IMG/VR virus record: IMGVR_UViG_3300032294_002363
Span: 1-64,000 of that record
Source of the DNA: a virus
Direction: 5' to 3' (one strand)
Length of the DNA stretch: 64,000 nucleotides
In this document: piece by piece, positions 55,081 to 64,000 of the stretch
Position numbering within the stretch: the stretch's first letter is position 1
Layout: every line of letters starts with the position of its first letter
The notes under the pieces: model-generated
The model's database searches: none
What the model saw: only the letters and a program-made list of their open reading frames with translations
Told to the model about the DNA's origin: nothing
Made by a program: the position numbers and the translations under genes

Positions 55081-57330
55081 ATGCCTATAAAATCTATAGA
55101 AAAGATCAAGATAGGGAATTATCCATATGGAAAGTTTGCTAATGGTTATATATATTCCGCGCAAATTGATCAAGGATATAGTGAAAATGCTAATAAGCTA
55201 ACTATAGATATTGTTTATGAAAATAATGCTGTTATAAATTTACCACAAAAAAATTTAACTACATCATATAGAGTAGAATTTGGCGATATAGTATTTCCGC
55301 AAATGTATTTTATAGGTCACTCAAAAAGCGTAGGCGTAAATGAAGAAACGATAACGTGTACTTTTGTTGATGGATCTATTTTATTAGATAGATATTTTGT
55401 TGGATTAACTAATCGACATTATAAAATAAATGAGCAATCTCAAAATTTTAATGTTGGTGTTTTTTGTGCGAATTGTGACAATACATTAGGAGTTACGACT
55501 GGTAATGTTACAAGAAACCTTGCTAATTCACCAAATATTGTAGTAAATAATTTATTAGTTGTTGGTGATGAAGAATTTATAGATCAAGCTTGTGATATAC
55601 CAGATGTCAAATATAATTTTACTGATTTATTAATTACGATGGGTAAAATACCAAACTTTATTTTCCAGAATTTCAAAGATATAAATTCATCTTATAAGAC
55701 ATCGTATACTGGAACTCTAAGAGAAGTTTTATCTAATTGGTGTAGTGATTTTGGTTTTAGTTTTTATTGGGATTTTATAACTAATAGTTTGATATGTATT
55801 GATTTAAGAAATCCAGTAGATTTGACTCCTGTAGAAAATTTAATAAATGAAAACTTTAATCAAAATAATGTAGATGCAAATTTACCTATATCAAGCTTCT
55901 CTGAGGATGAATCTTTAGAGGGCACATATCAACAAGATAATATTGATTACGTTTTAAAGCCTTCAAGACAAAAAGAAAGAGAGATTAAAGATTTTTTTCC
56001 TATTGAATATGAAGCCGTACCAGTTTCCACCTCATTTCCTTTGGAAGCCTTAGCTTTAGCAAAATATAATTCCGAAGCATTTACATTATATTGTTTAGAG
56101 AATAATATTAACTCATTAATTGGGTTTGATCCAATTTATGTTGGAATAAATACTTATGTTTTATCGACAGCCTTACAAAATATAGCAGAATATGCTGCAG
56201 ATGGACGAGCAATTATTAAAATAGGAAGATACAATAGAGACAAAGATGAGTCCGCGGCAAATATAGCTTCTTTAGCTGCGGAAGATATAGGTAGATATTA
56301 TTATAATTTAAATTATGTTCTGTGGAAAGATCTTATCTGTACTGCATATTCTAAATATAATATTGATACCAGTTATGAACCTCAGCCAATTTTTGGAGCC
56401 AGACCTTGGGCAAAGTATGGTGGAAATTTTCTTTTACCAATAGGTAATTCTTGGTTAATTGAAAGAAGTCCAGCCTATCAAGTTATTAATTCTCAAAATT
56501 TTTCTATACAAGGATTAAGTCCAATTTATATGGATATTGAAGGAGAAGTAGCAGATCAAGTAAGAAATGCTCTTCTGCAAGTAAATCCTAATGACACTCA
56601 AGCTGATAGATATCGAGGTTTAACATTGATTGCGTATAAACCTTATCTATATGTAAATACAAACTTTAATTATTGGAATTCTTCAGAAGAAAATTTTACT
56701 AATGCACAATATCAAACGAATGAATTACCAGAATGTCAAACTGTTTGTGAAAAAGATGTCAGTGTTGAAATATGTAGGAAAGAATGTACTACTTTAGTTG
56801 CCCCTGGTAATGGTTTAATAAGTAAGCTTTCAAGAGCCTTTACATTTACAAATGGTTTAAATGGATCTCAAATGACTATTGTACTACCATCTCAACAAAG
56901 ATATTTAGGATATATAAAAGCTGAGGGAAGTTTTACATATACCGAACCAGGCATCAAGCAAATGCAATCTAATTCAAATTTTTCTGCAGATCCTAATGTT
57001 ATGTCCTATTCTATAAATTTAAATGACATTACTACAGATGAACCCTCTGTAGGATCGATTAATTTTAATAATATTGATCAGAATAGTGATGGATTAGATA
57101 TTAAACAAAAAAATCCAAAGAAGAATATAGCTTTAAAAATTATAGGGATGAATTATGGTCTTCTTAACAACTACCTTAACCCTGAGTCAGGCTTAACAAG
57201 TTTTAACGTATATCTTAATGAAAATGGTGTTTTCACTGATTTAAATTTTGAAAATAGACCAGCAAAAAGACCAGCAGCAGAAGCAATCATGCAAAAGGTT
57301 GGCCCACAGAAAACTAGGATTATAAAATGA
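55081..57330 (+). CDS. putative tail hub/Tal-like protein
   Basis: YTGTLREVLSNWCSDFGFSFYWD resembles hub-protein signature; position in the tail-tip cluster. Confidence 0.5.
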   Translation: MPIKSIEKIKIGNYPYGKFANGYIYSAQIDQGYSENANKLTIDIVYENNAVINLPQKNLTTSYRVEFGDIVFPQMYFIGHSKSVGVNEETITCTFVDGSILLDRYFVGLTNRHYKINEQSQNFNVGVFCANCDNTLGVTTGNVTRNLANSPNIVVNNLLVVGDEEFIDQACDIPDVKYNFTDLLITMGKIPNFIFQNFKDINSSYKTSYTGTLREVLSNWCSDFGFSFYWDFITNSLICIDLRNPVDLTPVENLINENFNQNNVDANLPISSFSEDESLEGTYQQDNIDYVLKPSRQKEREIKDFFPIEYEAVPVSTSFPLEALALAKYNSEAFTLYCLENNINSLIGFDPIYVGINTYVLSTALQNIAEYAADGRAIIKIGRYNRDKDESAANIASLAAEDIGRYYYNLNYVLWKDLICTAYSKYNIDTSYEPQPIFGARPWAKYGGNFLLPIGNSWLIERSPAYQVINSQNFSIQGLSPIYMDIEGEVADQVRNALLQVNPNDTQADRYRGLTLIAYKPYLYVNTNFNYWNSSEENFTNAQYQTNELPECQTVCEKDVSVEICRKECTTLVAPGNGLISKLSRAFTFTNGLNGSQMTIVLPSQQRYLGYIKAEGSFTYTEPGIKQMQSNSNFSADPNVMSYSINLNDITTDEPSVGSINFNNIDQNSDGLDIKQKNPKKNIALKIIGMNYGLLNNYLNPESGLTSFNVYLNENGVFTDLNFENRPAKRPAAEAIMQKVGPQKTRIIK

Positions 57331-60110
57331 TATTCTCTGGAAATAATTATTTATCTTTAAGTTATAATACTGGTATATCTTTTAATATAGATTTATCTGT
57401 AAATAATGATACTGGTATAGTAAATTTTGGATTCTCTGGTCAAAATAATGCTTTAAATTTTAAATTACAAGATAATAAATTTTTTGATGGTGAGGGTAGG
57501 AATATTTATCTTTACAGATCAAATCAAGATATAAATATATCTGGCAATATTTCTCCAACAAATTATTCTTATTATATAGATCAAAATCTAATTGCTCTAA
57601 ATGGTAAAAAAAGTAATTTTACAATTAGTGGTTTTTATATCAATGCATCTGGATGTGAGGTTGATTCAAATATGTCTATATTTGGAACTAGGCCAGATTA
57701 TAGTTTAAATTTAGATAAAATATTTTATATTACAGGTACAAATACATTAACTGGAACAATATCAAATACAAATAATTTAAATTTTAAAATATATAGTGGA
57801 TCTGTTACGATACCAACTGGATTTAGTCTGGGAAATATATCTGAATACATACAAAATACTGGTTATTTTAGTATAAATCACTATCTATTTTCTAGCGGCC
57901 AAGTCGAAGATGAGAGACTATATGAAGTACAGTTAAATTTATTTACAAACTTTGGACAAATAACTCAGAATTTTACAACAACAGGTTCATATTCTGGTTT
58001 TGTAAATGTTAATTTAGATCTACTAAATATCACGGATTTCATCGCAAGGACTGGTATTGACACTGGGTTGGGAAATTTTAAACAAAATAATTTTCAATTA
58101 AATTATAATATTATAACAGGAAGTATAAGATCTGAGCCTGTTATATTAAATAAATATTTAAATGTAAAATTAGAATATAGTGGTGGAAATACTGGTAGTT
58201 TATATTATGATGTATTTGCTAGTGGATATAGTCAACAAACTCTATCTGGTTTTATAACAGGAAGTGGTATCGTAGAAAAACGAATAGCTTTTTCTGGAAC
58301 TGGATATAATGCAATCTCTGGATTTAATCAAAGCGGTTTATTAACTGGGATTGTTAAGGATACATTGTTTGTTACGGGTTTTTCTTTCCAAAATATATCT
58401 ATAAATTATTCTGGATTAATTGATGGAATATTAGTCAATTATAGTGAGAGTGGAAGAATTAGTGGAACCGCCGTAGATGGAGTTATCAATCATTTTACAT
58501 ATTATTATAAAAATATCTATAATGATACAATTCAAATAAGTGGAAGCGGAACTTCTACGTCAGATTTATTTGGATATTCTATATGTTCAAATACAGGAAA
58601 TATAATAGCCGTTGGTAATCCAGGTGATGATCTTGGTAGTTATACAAATGCTGGTAGTGTTTATGTATATACTGGTATTGGTACAGGTTTTACTCAAGTA
58701 TCTTTTCTAACTGGAAATAATATTTTAGCAAACGATTCATTTGGTTCATATTTAGATATTAATCCACAAGGTACAAAAATATTTATCGGCGCATCTGGCA
58801 AGAGCGTAAATTCTGTAGCAAATATAGGTAGCGTATATATTTTTACTGGTAATGGTATTAATCTTTGGTCTCAACAACAAATGATAACAGGAAATAATGC
58901 AAGTGGATCTGATGCCTTCGGAGCTTCACTAGAGATTGCAGATCTTGATAATATTTTAGTTGTTGGTGCACCTTATAAAAATATTGGAACTGGAATACGT
59001 ACATTTACTGGCGCAGGAATGGCTTATGTATTTACTGGAAATGATTCTGCTTTTGCTCAAGCAAATTTTATTACTGGATCTGACATATCGGGTAACTATA
59101 ATTTCGGAGATTCTTTAGCTATTTCAAGAGATGGTACAACAATTTTTGTTGGTTCTCCAAATAGTATGATCGGAACTTCTCCTAGAGTCGGTGCAGTCTA
59201 TGTATTTTCAAGAATAAGTTCTACAGGATGGAATCAAATCGCAAAAATTACTGGAAATAATTTATCTGCAAATGAAAAATTCGGTTCTTCAATATCAATA
59301 AATCAAGATGCAAAAATTCTTTCGATTGGTGCTATTGGCCATAATTCTTCTGGCGGAGCAGTTTATATCTTTACTGGAGATGGTACATCTTCTTGGGTTC
59401 AGAGGCAAAGAATTAGCGGATCAGATGGAAGTTCTTTAGATAGTTTTGGTAATTCAATTAAGACAGATTTAGCTGGTAATAAGATATATATTGGAGCAAA
59501 GAATAATACTCATAATAGTTATACTAATGCAGGAAGTATATATGTATTTACTGGTAATGGAAATGTCTGGGCTCAAGAGGCAAAGATCACTGGTAATCTA
59601 GGCCAGACAAATAGATATCTGGGGCATATAATAGATCTTGGATACTCTCAGAGAAGGATAGTCGCTGGAATGCCATATTATGATATTAATGGTAATTCTG
59701 ATGTTGGTTCTTATAAAGTTATTAATGATGTTGATATTAGTGGTTTTATTAGTAAAGTTTTATCTACAGGAAATTCCATTTCAACATCAAATTATTTGGC
59801 AACAGGCAATATAACTGGAAATATTTATACAAAAACATTCTTTGAAACATTTAATTTATTTACTGGGTATTATTTATCTGGACAATTTACTGGATTAGTA
59901 GATTTTAAAGGCACAGGTTTTAGACATGGAGATACATTGTATCTTCATACTGGACTAATAAATAGTGGAACTAGTGATATTTATATTCGAGTTCAAACCA
60001 AGAACTACGGAGATAATTATCAAATGACTGGTAAATTAACAATTAGCGGTTATAATTTAAATAATACAAAAAATAATGTATTAGTAGAGTATATAACAGG
60101 AGAAGGATAA
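57327..60110 (+). CDS. tail protein with 7-bladed FG-GAP/integrin-alpha-like beta-propeller
   Basis: Seven FG.S....G.....GAP-like repeats ~58560-59720. Confidence 0.8.
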   Translation: MIFSGNNYLSLSYNTGISFNIDLSVNNDTGIVNFGFSGQNNALNFKLQDNKFFDGEGRNIYLYRSNQDINISGNISPTNYSYYIDQNLIALNGKKSNFTISGFYINASGCEVDSNMSIFGTRPDYSLNLDKIFYITGTNTLTGTISNTNNLNFKIYSGSVTIPTGFSLGNISEYIQNTGYFSINHYLFSSGQVEDERLYEVQLNLFTNFGQITQNFTTTGSYSGFVNVNLDLLNITDFIARTGIDTGLGNFKQNNFQLNYNIITGSIRSEPVILNKYLNVKLEYSGGNTGSLYYDVFASGYSQQTLSGFITGSGIVEKRIAFSGTGYNAISGFNQSGLLTGIVKDTLFVTGFSFQNISINYSGLIDGILVNYSESGRISGTAVDGVINHFTYYYKNIYNDTIQISGSGTSTSDLFGYSICSNTGNIIAVGNPGDDLGSYTNAGSVYVYTGIGTGFTQVSFLTGNNILANDSFGSYLDINPQGTKIFIGASGKSVNSVANIGSVYIFTGNGINLWSQQQMITGNNASGSDAFGASLEIADLDNILVVGAPYKNIGTGIRTFTGAGMAYVFTGNDSAFAQANFITGSDISGNYNFGDSLAISRDGTTIFVGSPNSMIGTSPRVGAVYVFSRISSTGWNQIAKITGNNLSANEKFGSSISINQDAKILSIGAIGHNSSGGAVYIFTGDGTSSWVQRQRISGSDGSSLDSFGNSIKTDLAGNKIYIGAKNNTHNSYTNAGSIYVFTGNGNVWAQEAKITGNLGQTNRYLGHIIDLGYSQRRIVAGMPYYDINGNSDVGSYKVINDVDISGFISKVLSTGNSISTSNYLATGNITGNIYTKTFFETFNLFTGYYLSGQFTGLVDFKGTGFRHGDTLYLHTGLINSGTSDIYIRVQTKNYGDNYQMTGKLTISGYNLNNTKNNVLVEYITGEG

Positions 60111-60122
60111 AGGTAATATTTT

Positions 60123-60719
60123 ATGGCAGTAAAATTTGTTCAAGATTATGGAAACTCTAATCCTAGTTGGTCTTATTTTTATGACGATGGATTAGGGAAT
60201 CATTTACAGATCGGTGGATTAGCAGTAGATAAAATATATGACTTTTTAATTCAAACTGTAGTTGATCCATATGTACAATTATATTTATATCCTGCAGGAT
60301 TAGATGTTAAACCATTTAATGGATCGGATCTTACCTATAAATTATATTTTACAAGTAGTGCATCTTATTTAGATCTTGGTAGAGGATATTCACATTATGC
60401 TAGAATATTTTCTAATGGAACCCAAAGTGACTTGATCGTTCAGAACGCAGATTCTACTTATGTTGGTAATTTATATTCAACATTTACCAATGCTGGCATT
60501 GATATCTACACGCCAAGTTATGCAATTTTTGGTGAGGCAACAAATAATGAAGCGTATATAGGCGTACAAAATGCAAATGGATCGGCGCTAATTTATTTAG
60601 ATACTGCTAATATACCATTAACTGCAGGTAATAAGGAAATAGTTATAAGAGAAATAGAAGTTTGCCATGAAGGTAAGATAAAAAAGATGTTAATCTTAGC
60701 TAGTGAACCTTACTTATAA
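60123..60719 (+). CDS. hypothetical tail-associated protein
   Basis: 198 aa; ends IVIREIEVCHEGKIKKMLILASEPYL. Confidence 0.65.
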   Translation: MAVKFVQDYGNSNPSWSYFYDDGLGNHLQIGGLAVDKIYDFLIQTVVDPYVQLYLYPAGLDVKPFNGSDLTYKLYFTSSASYLDLGRGYSHYARIFSNGTQSDLIVQNADSTYVGNLYSTFTNAGIDIYTPSYAIFGEATNNEAYIGVQNANGSALIYLDTANIPLTAGNKEIVIREIEVCHEGKIKKMLILASEPYL

Positions 60720-60896
60720 TTAAATTTTCTTAATATTTTTTGGGCTGAATATTTCTAATATTTTATTAAATTCAGGGACTTCCAAACCTTTTAGTTCTGT
60801 CCTACTTAAGAATTTAAATAGTATATCAAGTTCTTTTTTAGATAATGTTACTTGAATTTTATCTGTATCAATCAAAGTTTGTTGCTGATCTGTCAT
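60720..60896 (-). CDS. 58-aa hypothetical protein (absent from ORF track)
   Basis: MTDQQQTLIDTDKIQV...KNIKKI*; ATGA overlap with the upstream gene. Confidence 0.65.
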   Translation of the reverse strand: MTDQQQTLIDTDKIQVTLSKKELDILFKFLSRTELKGLEVPEFNKILEIFSPKNIKKI

Positions 60897-61696
60897 GCCT
60901 TCTTAATCCTTTCAATTAATTCAAATATTTTACTCTTTGGAATATCAGATAGAGTGGTTATATTCTCGGCATTATCAAATTTCTCTTTCGCTAATTTCTT
61001 CTTTAATTGCTCAATACTAATACCTTTATCTTTCATGACTTTTTCAAGTAGTGCATGTGGTGATGTAGGATTATCAATCGATGTATTACCTTCATCAAGT
61101 AACTTTGCATCTCCAAGCTCTTCTTGAGATACGATGTTAATTTTTAAAAAGTTACGCACACAGCGCACAAAAGCTCTATTCTCTGCAATTGCCGCGAGGA
61201 AGAATCTGGCAAAGGATTTTGTATTGCTAGAAGTTGCGTCAGCTAGTGCCTCAAATACAATCTCGCGTCCACCAGTTTCATAGTTTGGTATCCAAGTAAT
61301 TCTACAACTGGTAGCAAAATAATTCTCAGAAGCTGTAACGACTTTATACTCAACGCTTGTGTATCCACGAATCTGAGCAAGCTCTTTGATACCACCTAAA
61401 AGAATTAATAAATCTTTATCTTCTAATTTAGAAACGTCTGTTTCTTGAGTCTTTTGGCGATTTGGCACAAGATATTCTGTTTTAACCATTTTTCTCCAAT
61501 TAATTGTACCATCATCATTATATATATAATAAATGCTAGCATTCTCTAGTAGACCATACTGATTTCTTGTGATAATATTTGGTGGAGTTTGCATGGTAGT
61601 TTTGGTATCTACTGATTCAGTAAATATATTTGTATCAACTAGCTCTGAACTTCCTATAGAAATTGTATCTTGATCTGGTTTTATTTTTGGACTCAT
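60893..61696 (-). CDS. putative Rad52/Sak-like single-strand annealing protein
   Basis: LLGG...A...; AIAENRAFVRCVRNFLKINIVSQEE resembles the Rad52-family AET.A..RA...GI...EE helix. Confidence 0.5.
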   Translation of the reverse strand: MSPKIKPDQDTISIGSSELVDTNIFTESVDTKTTMQTPPNIITRNQYGLLENASIYYIYNDDGTINWRKMVKTEYLVPNRQKTQETDVSKLEDKDLLILLGGIKELAQIRGYTSVEYKVVTASENYFATSCRITWIPNYETGGREIVFEALADATSSNTKSFARFFLAAIAENRAFVRCVRNFLKINIVSQEELGDAKLLDEGNTSIDNPTSPHALLEKVMKDKGISIEQLKKKLAKEKFDNAENITTLSDIPKSKIFELIERIKKA

Positions 61697-61702
61697 CTTA
61701 TG

Positions 61703-61731
61703 ATGATACTACAGAATTTATTCTTGGTCAA
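61703..61731 (-). promoter_or_regulatory. host sigma70-type promoter
   Basis: Minus strand TTGACC-N17-TATCAT, 6 nt before ATG 61696. Confidence 0.7.
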
Positions 61732-62860
61732 GTGAAAAAATATATAAATTATTTAATTCTTTCATTAATTCAAGATTATTATTATATTTATTTGATATAT
61801 CCTTTGTTAACCATTGATATTTACTATTAAATTGACCTTCGGAAGATATTAAGATAATTGAAGATTTAAAAAATACATTATTTTTGATATCTATTTGTTG
61901 ATTATTGATCTTCTTGTTTACGATAAGTCCTAGATCCATATAATTTAATTTAAAATTATTTAATTCATTTTCATCTAGCCAAGACATCATAGCATAATTA
62001 ATACTTATATTTTTAAGCCCCCTTATGAAATTGAAATCATTTTCTTTTTCGATTATATAAACTACTTGTGGTATATTATTCTTATATCTTTGAAGAAGCT
62101 CTAATGATATTGGCTTATTGGTAAATATAATACATTTTTTATGTTGAAGATATACTTCTAATGCTTTTTCATTAAATGCATAATCCATTCTTATAATTAG
62201 ATTTTCTATATTAAATTGCCTTGGGTCTACAGGGTTATCTGGTATAATTTGTAGAGTTTTATTAGCATAATCTTCACCAATAAAGATTGTGTTGGGTAGT
62301 TTTTTTGTCTCTATATTTAATAGATTTAGTATGCTATTAGCTATAATTTCTGGTTTTATCTTATTAATGCTTTTAGGAAATTCATCAACAGAATATTGTG
62401 GTTTTTTATTAATCTCTGGATTTAATAGTATAATGTCCTCTTTCTTTGACCAATAAGGTTTTACGTTATTTATATTATTATTAGAATACAAGGCTACGAT
62501 CTTTTTATCGTATCCAGAAGCTATATGCGCTGCAAAACTATCTGCGCCAACATGCATAATTCCATGTTTTATAATAAATGCAGCTTGTTGTATAGTTGTT
62601 TGACCGCACAAATTATAAGTATTTACTACTGGCCTATCTTGTTTAGCTCCAATTTGAATAATCTTTATATTCTCTTTTAATAGATATGGATGAATCATAG
62701 CTATTACTTCATCCCAATAATCATAATTCTTAGATGGATACTTACTAAATGGTTGAAAAGATATATATCTTTCTGTTGGTAATGGGAAAAAGTTTTCGTA
62801 TATATAGGGTTTAGAAATTTTAACCCCACAAGATGTCGCGTATCTTTCTAAAAGATGCAT
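61718..62860 (-). CDS. GT9-like glycosyltransferase, C-terminal (nucleotide-sugar-binding) half plus extra domain
   Basis: FQP.SK..SKNY..W, IQIG, NLCGQTT, HVGADSFAAHIA, IVALY as in WaaC/WaaF C-domain. Confidence 0.75.
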   Translation of the reverse strand: MHLLERYATSCGVKISKPYIYENFFPLPTERYISFQPFSKYPSKNYDYWDEVIAMIHPYLLKENIKIIQIGAKQDRPVVNTYNLCGQTTIQQAAFIIKHGIMHVGADSFAAHIASGYDKKIVALYSNNNINNVKPYWSKKEDIILLNPEINKKPQYSVDEFPKSINKIKPEIIANSILNLLNIETKKLPNTIFIGEDYANKTLQIIPDNPVDPRQFNIENLIIRMDYAFNEKALEVYLQHKKCIIFTNKPISLELLQRYKNNIPQVVYIIEKENDFNFIRGLKNISINYAMMSWLDENELNNFKLNYMDLGLIVNKKINNQQIDIKNNVFFKSSIILISSEGQFNSKYQWLTKDISNKYNNNLELMKELNNLYIFSLDQE

Positions 62861-62861
62861 A

Positions 62862-64000
62862 TTATTCTCCTTTTAAATCAAATTGAATATTGGTTTTACC
62901 ATTATGTACATAATCTAGGAATCTTTGAGTCCCAGCATGAGGTAAGAATGCAACTTCAAAATATCCTTTATGGTCACCAACACCTTCAAGCCAAAGTAAT
63001 TGATCCATTTGTGGAATATATTGTATAGTTTTATGGATATATGGATTACCTTGAAGTATCTCAAAGTATTCTGGCTTAACTGCTACATATAGATTATGCT
63101 CTGGATACTGCTCTTTAATATTTTTGAAAAGTGCCGTAGACATATAGATATCACCTATACTTTCTGGCATAACATACAGAACTCTCTTACCGCTATCATT
63201 TTTATCCAAAAGATCTTCAAAATCAACCTTTTTATTTTTTTCATTTTCTTTGATTGCTACATTTCTAAAATAATTCTCAATATCTTGTCTCTTTGCTCCT
63301 TTTGAAATCTCTTGCATCCAATATTTATGTCCATCATCATTTTCATCAACATTTTTCATTTTTAATATGTTGTGATACATAAATGTAAGCCAATCGCCAT
63401 CTTTTTCTATTTTAGGTATTTCGCAGTATGGATTTCTTTCTTCTTCTTTTAATGAAAAGTCATAGTCTGTGAAAGGGCATTCATCAATAAATGATTCGAT
63501 CTTTCCTCCTATTTGTTCTACAGAGAAATTATCTATTGTCCATTCTCTAGCTTTTTCTCCAATCTCTTTTCTTTTTTGCAAAGACATATTATATACTTTA
63601 TTTATTTGTTTAGCTATAGAATTTGGTTTTGTTGAAGCCTTAATGAATTCTGTTCCATGCTCTCTATATTCACTCCATTCTAATTCTAACGATCCAGCAC
63701 CATCTTGGCACATTTCCTCTCCGCAACTATAATTCGTAACTAAAGTTATTAACTCTGTTAATTTAGCTTCTTGAATTGGTATTTCCTGACCACCACTAGT
63801 AAATGGATGACAGTAAACATCCATTAGATTATAGACTTCATTCAATTGTTTTTCCGTAACTCCTATACCAACATTTGTTGTAATTTGAGTTTTTTGTCCA
63901 CCACAGAATCTACAATCAACATCTTGTCCATGAAATGGCTTGATTTCATAATTACCACAGCTTTTACATATATAAGTTGTTAATATTTCTCTTAGATCTA
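62862..64000 (-). CDS. GT4-like glycosyltransferase with Zn-ribbon insertion fused to GT9 N-terminal domain (5'-truncated)
   Basis: Frame is open to the window edge (DLREILTTYICKSCG...CRFCG); YNLMDVYCHPFTSGGQEIPIQEA; C-terminal VMPESIGDIYMSTAL...QYPE...GNPYI. Confidence 0.8.
   Translation of the reverse strand, partial: DLREILTTYICKSCGNYEIKPFHGQDVDCRFCGGQKTQITTNVGIGVTEKQLNEVYNLMDVYCHPFTSGGQEIPIQEAKLTELITLVTNYSCGEEMCQDGAGSLELEWSEYREHGTEFIKASTKPNSIAKQINKVYNMSLQKRKEIGEKAREWTIDNFSVEQIGGKIESFIDECPFTDYDFSLKEEERNPYCEIPKIEKDGDWLTFMYHNILKMKNVDENDDGHKYWMQEISKGAKRQDIENYFRNVAIKENEKNKKVDFEDLLDKNDSGKRVLYVMPESIGDIYMSTALFKNIKEQYPEHNLYVAVKPEYFEILQGNPYIHKTIQYIPQMDQLLWLEGVGDHKGYFEVAFLPHAGTQRFLDYVHNGKTNIQFDLKGE

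Noticed and set aside
330-63732. Short overlapping/antisense ORFs in the track (e.g. 330-518, 3420-3614, 18433-18948, 40657-40995, 46670-47080, 63096-63305)
   Set aside because: They lie within longer motif-bearing genes, have shadow-frame composition and lack start signals
1-64000. CRISPR array or tRNA genes
   Set aside because: No regularly spaced direct repeats and no cloverleaf/T-loop signature found by eye; intergenic space is minimal. tRNAscan-SE would be the definitive check
1-64000. Stop-codon reassignment
   Set aside because: Standard code gives long, tightly packed ORFs ending in TAA, TAG and TGA, with no fragmented core genes
1-64000. Eukaryotic giant-virus origin suggested by poly-Pro, FG-GAP and C1q-like domains
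   Set aside because: TerL, portal, tail tube, TMP, holin/endolysin, sigma factor and bacterial promoters indicate a tailed bacteriophage

Overview
The whole 64 kb window is a very AT-rich (~30% GC by eye) piece of a large tailed dsDNA phage genome (Caudoviricetes). There is no sheath gene, so the tail is probably non-contractile. The host is probably Gram-negative, judging from lipoprotein spanin-like and GT9-like genes. Gene order: small late genes including a HiPIP-like Fe-S protein; phoH; Zn-ribbon protein plus an ECF-like phage sigma factor; ERCC4-type nuclease; terminase large subunit; portal; lysis cassette; serine protease; prohead protease/scaffold; decoration protein; major capsid; a ~16 kb fibre/lectin block; neck genes; tail tube; chaperones; a 1962-aa tape measure; six tail-tip genes; then a convergent minus-strand block (Rad52/Sak-like protein, glycosyltransferases). 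Main observations: (1) a readable transcription cascade, in which a consensus sigma70 promoter drives the phage sigma gene and an intergenic GTGTAA motif precedes ~15 late genes, many of them apparently leaderless; (2) a tape measure protein with four GF[IV]PNF motifs bracketing a non-helical, possibly nuclease-like cargo domain; (3) strong Ser/Thr-Gly enrichment in fibre and tail-tip proteins next to phage glycosyltransferases (a GT4 fused to half of a split GT9), suggesting virion glycosylation; (4) a five-gene paralog array with conserved ends and variable cores. All functional calls come from motif recognition by eye; no database searches were run.
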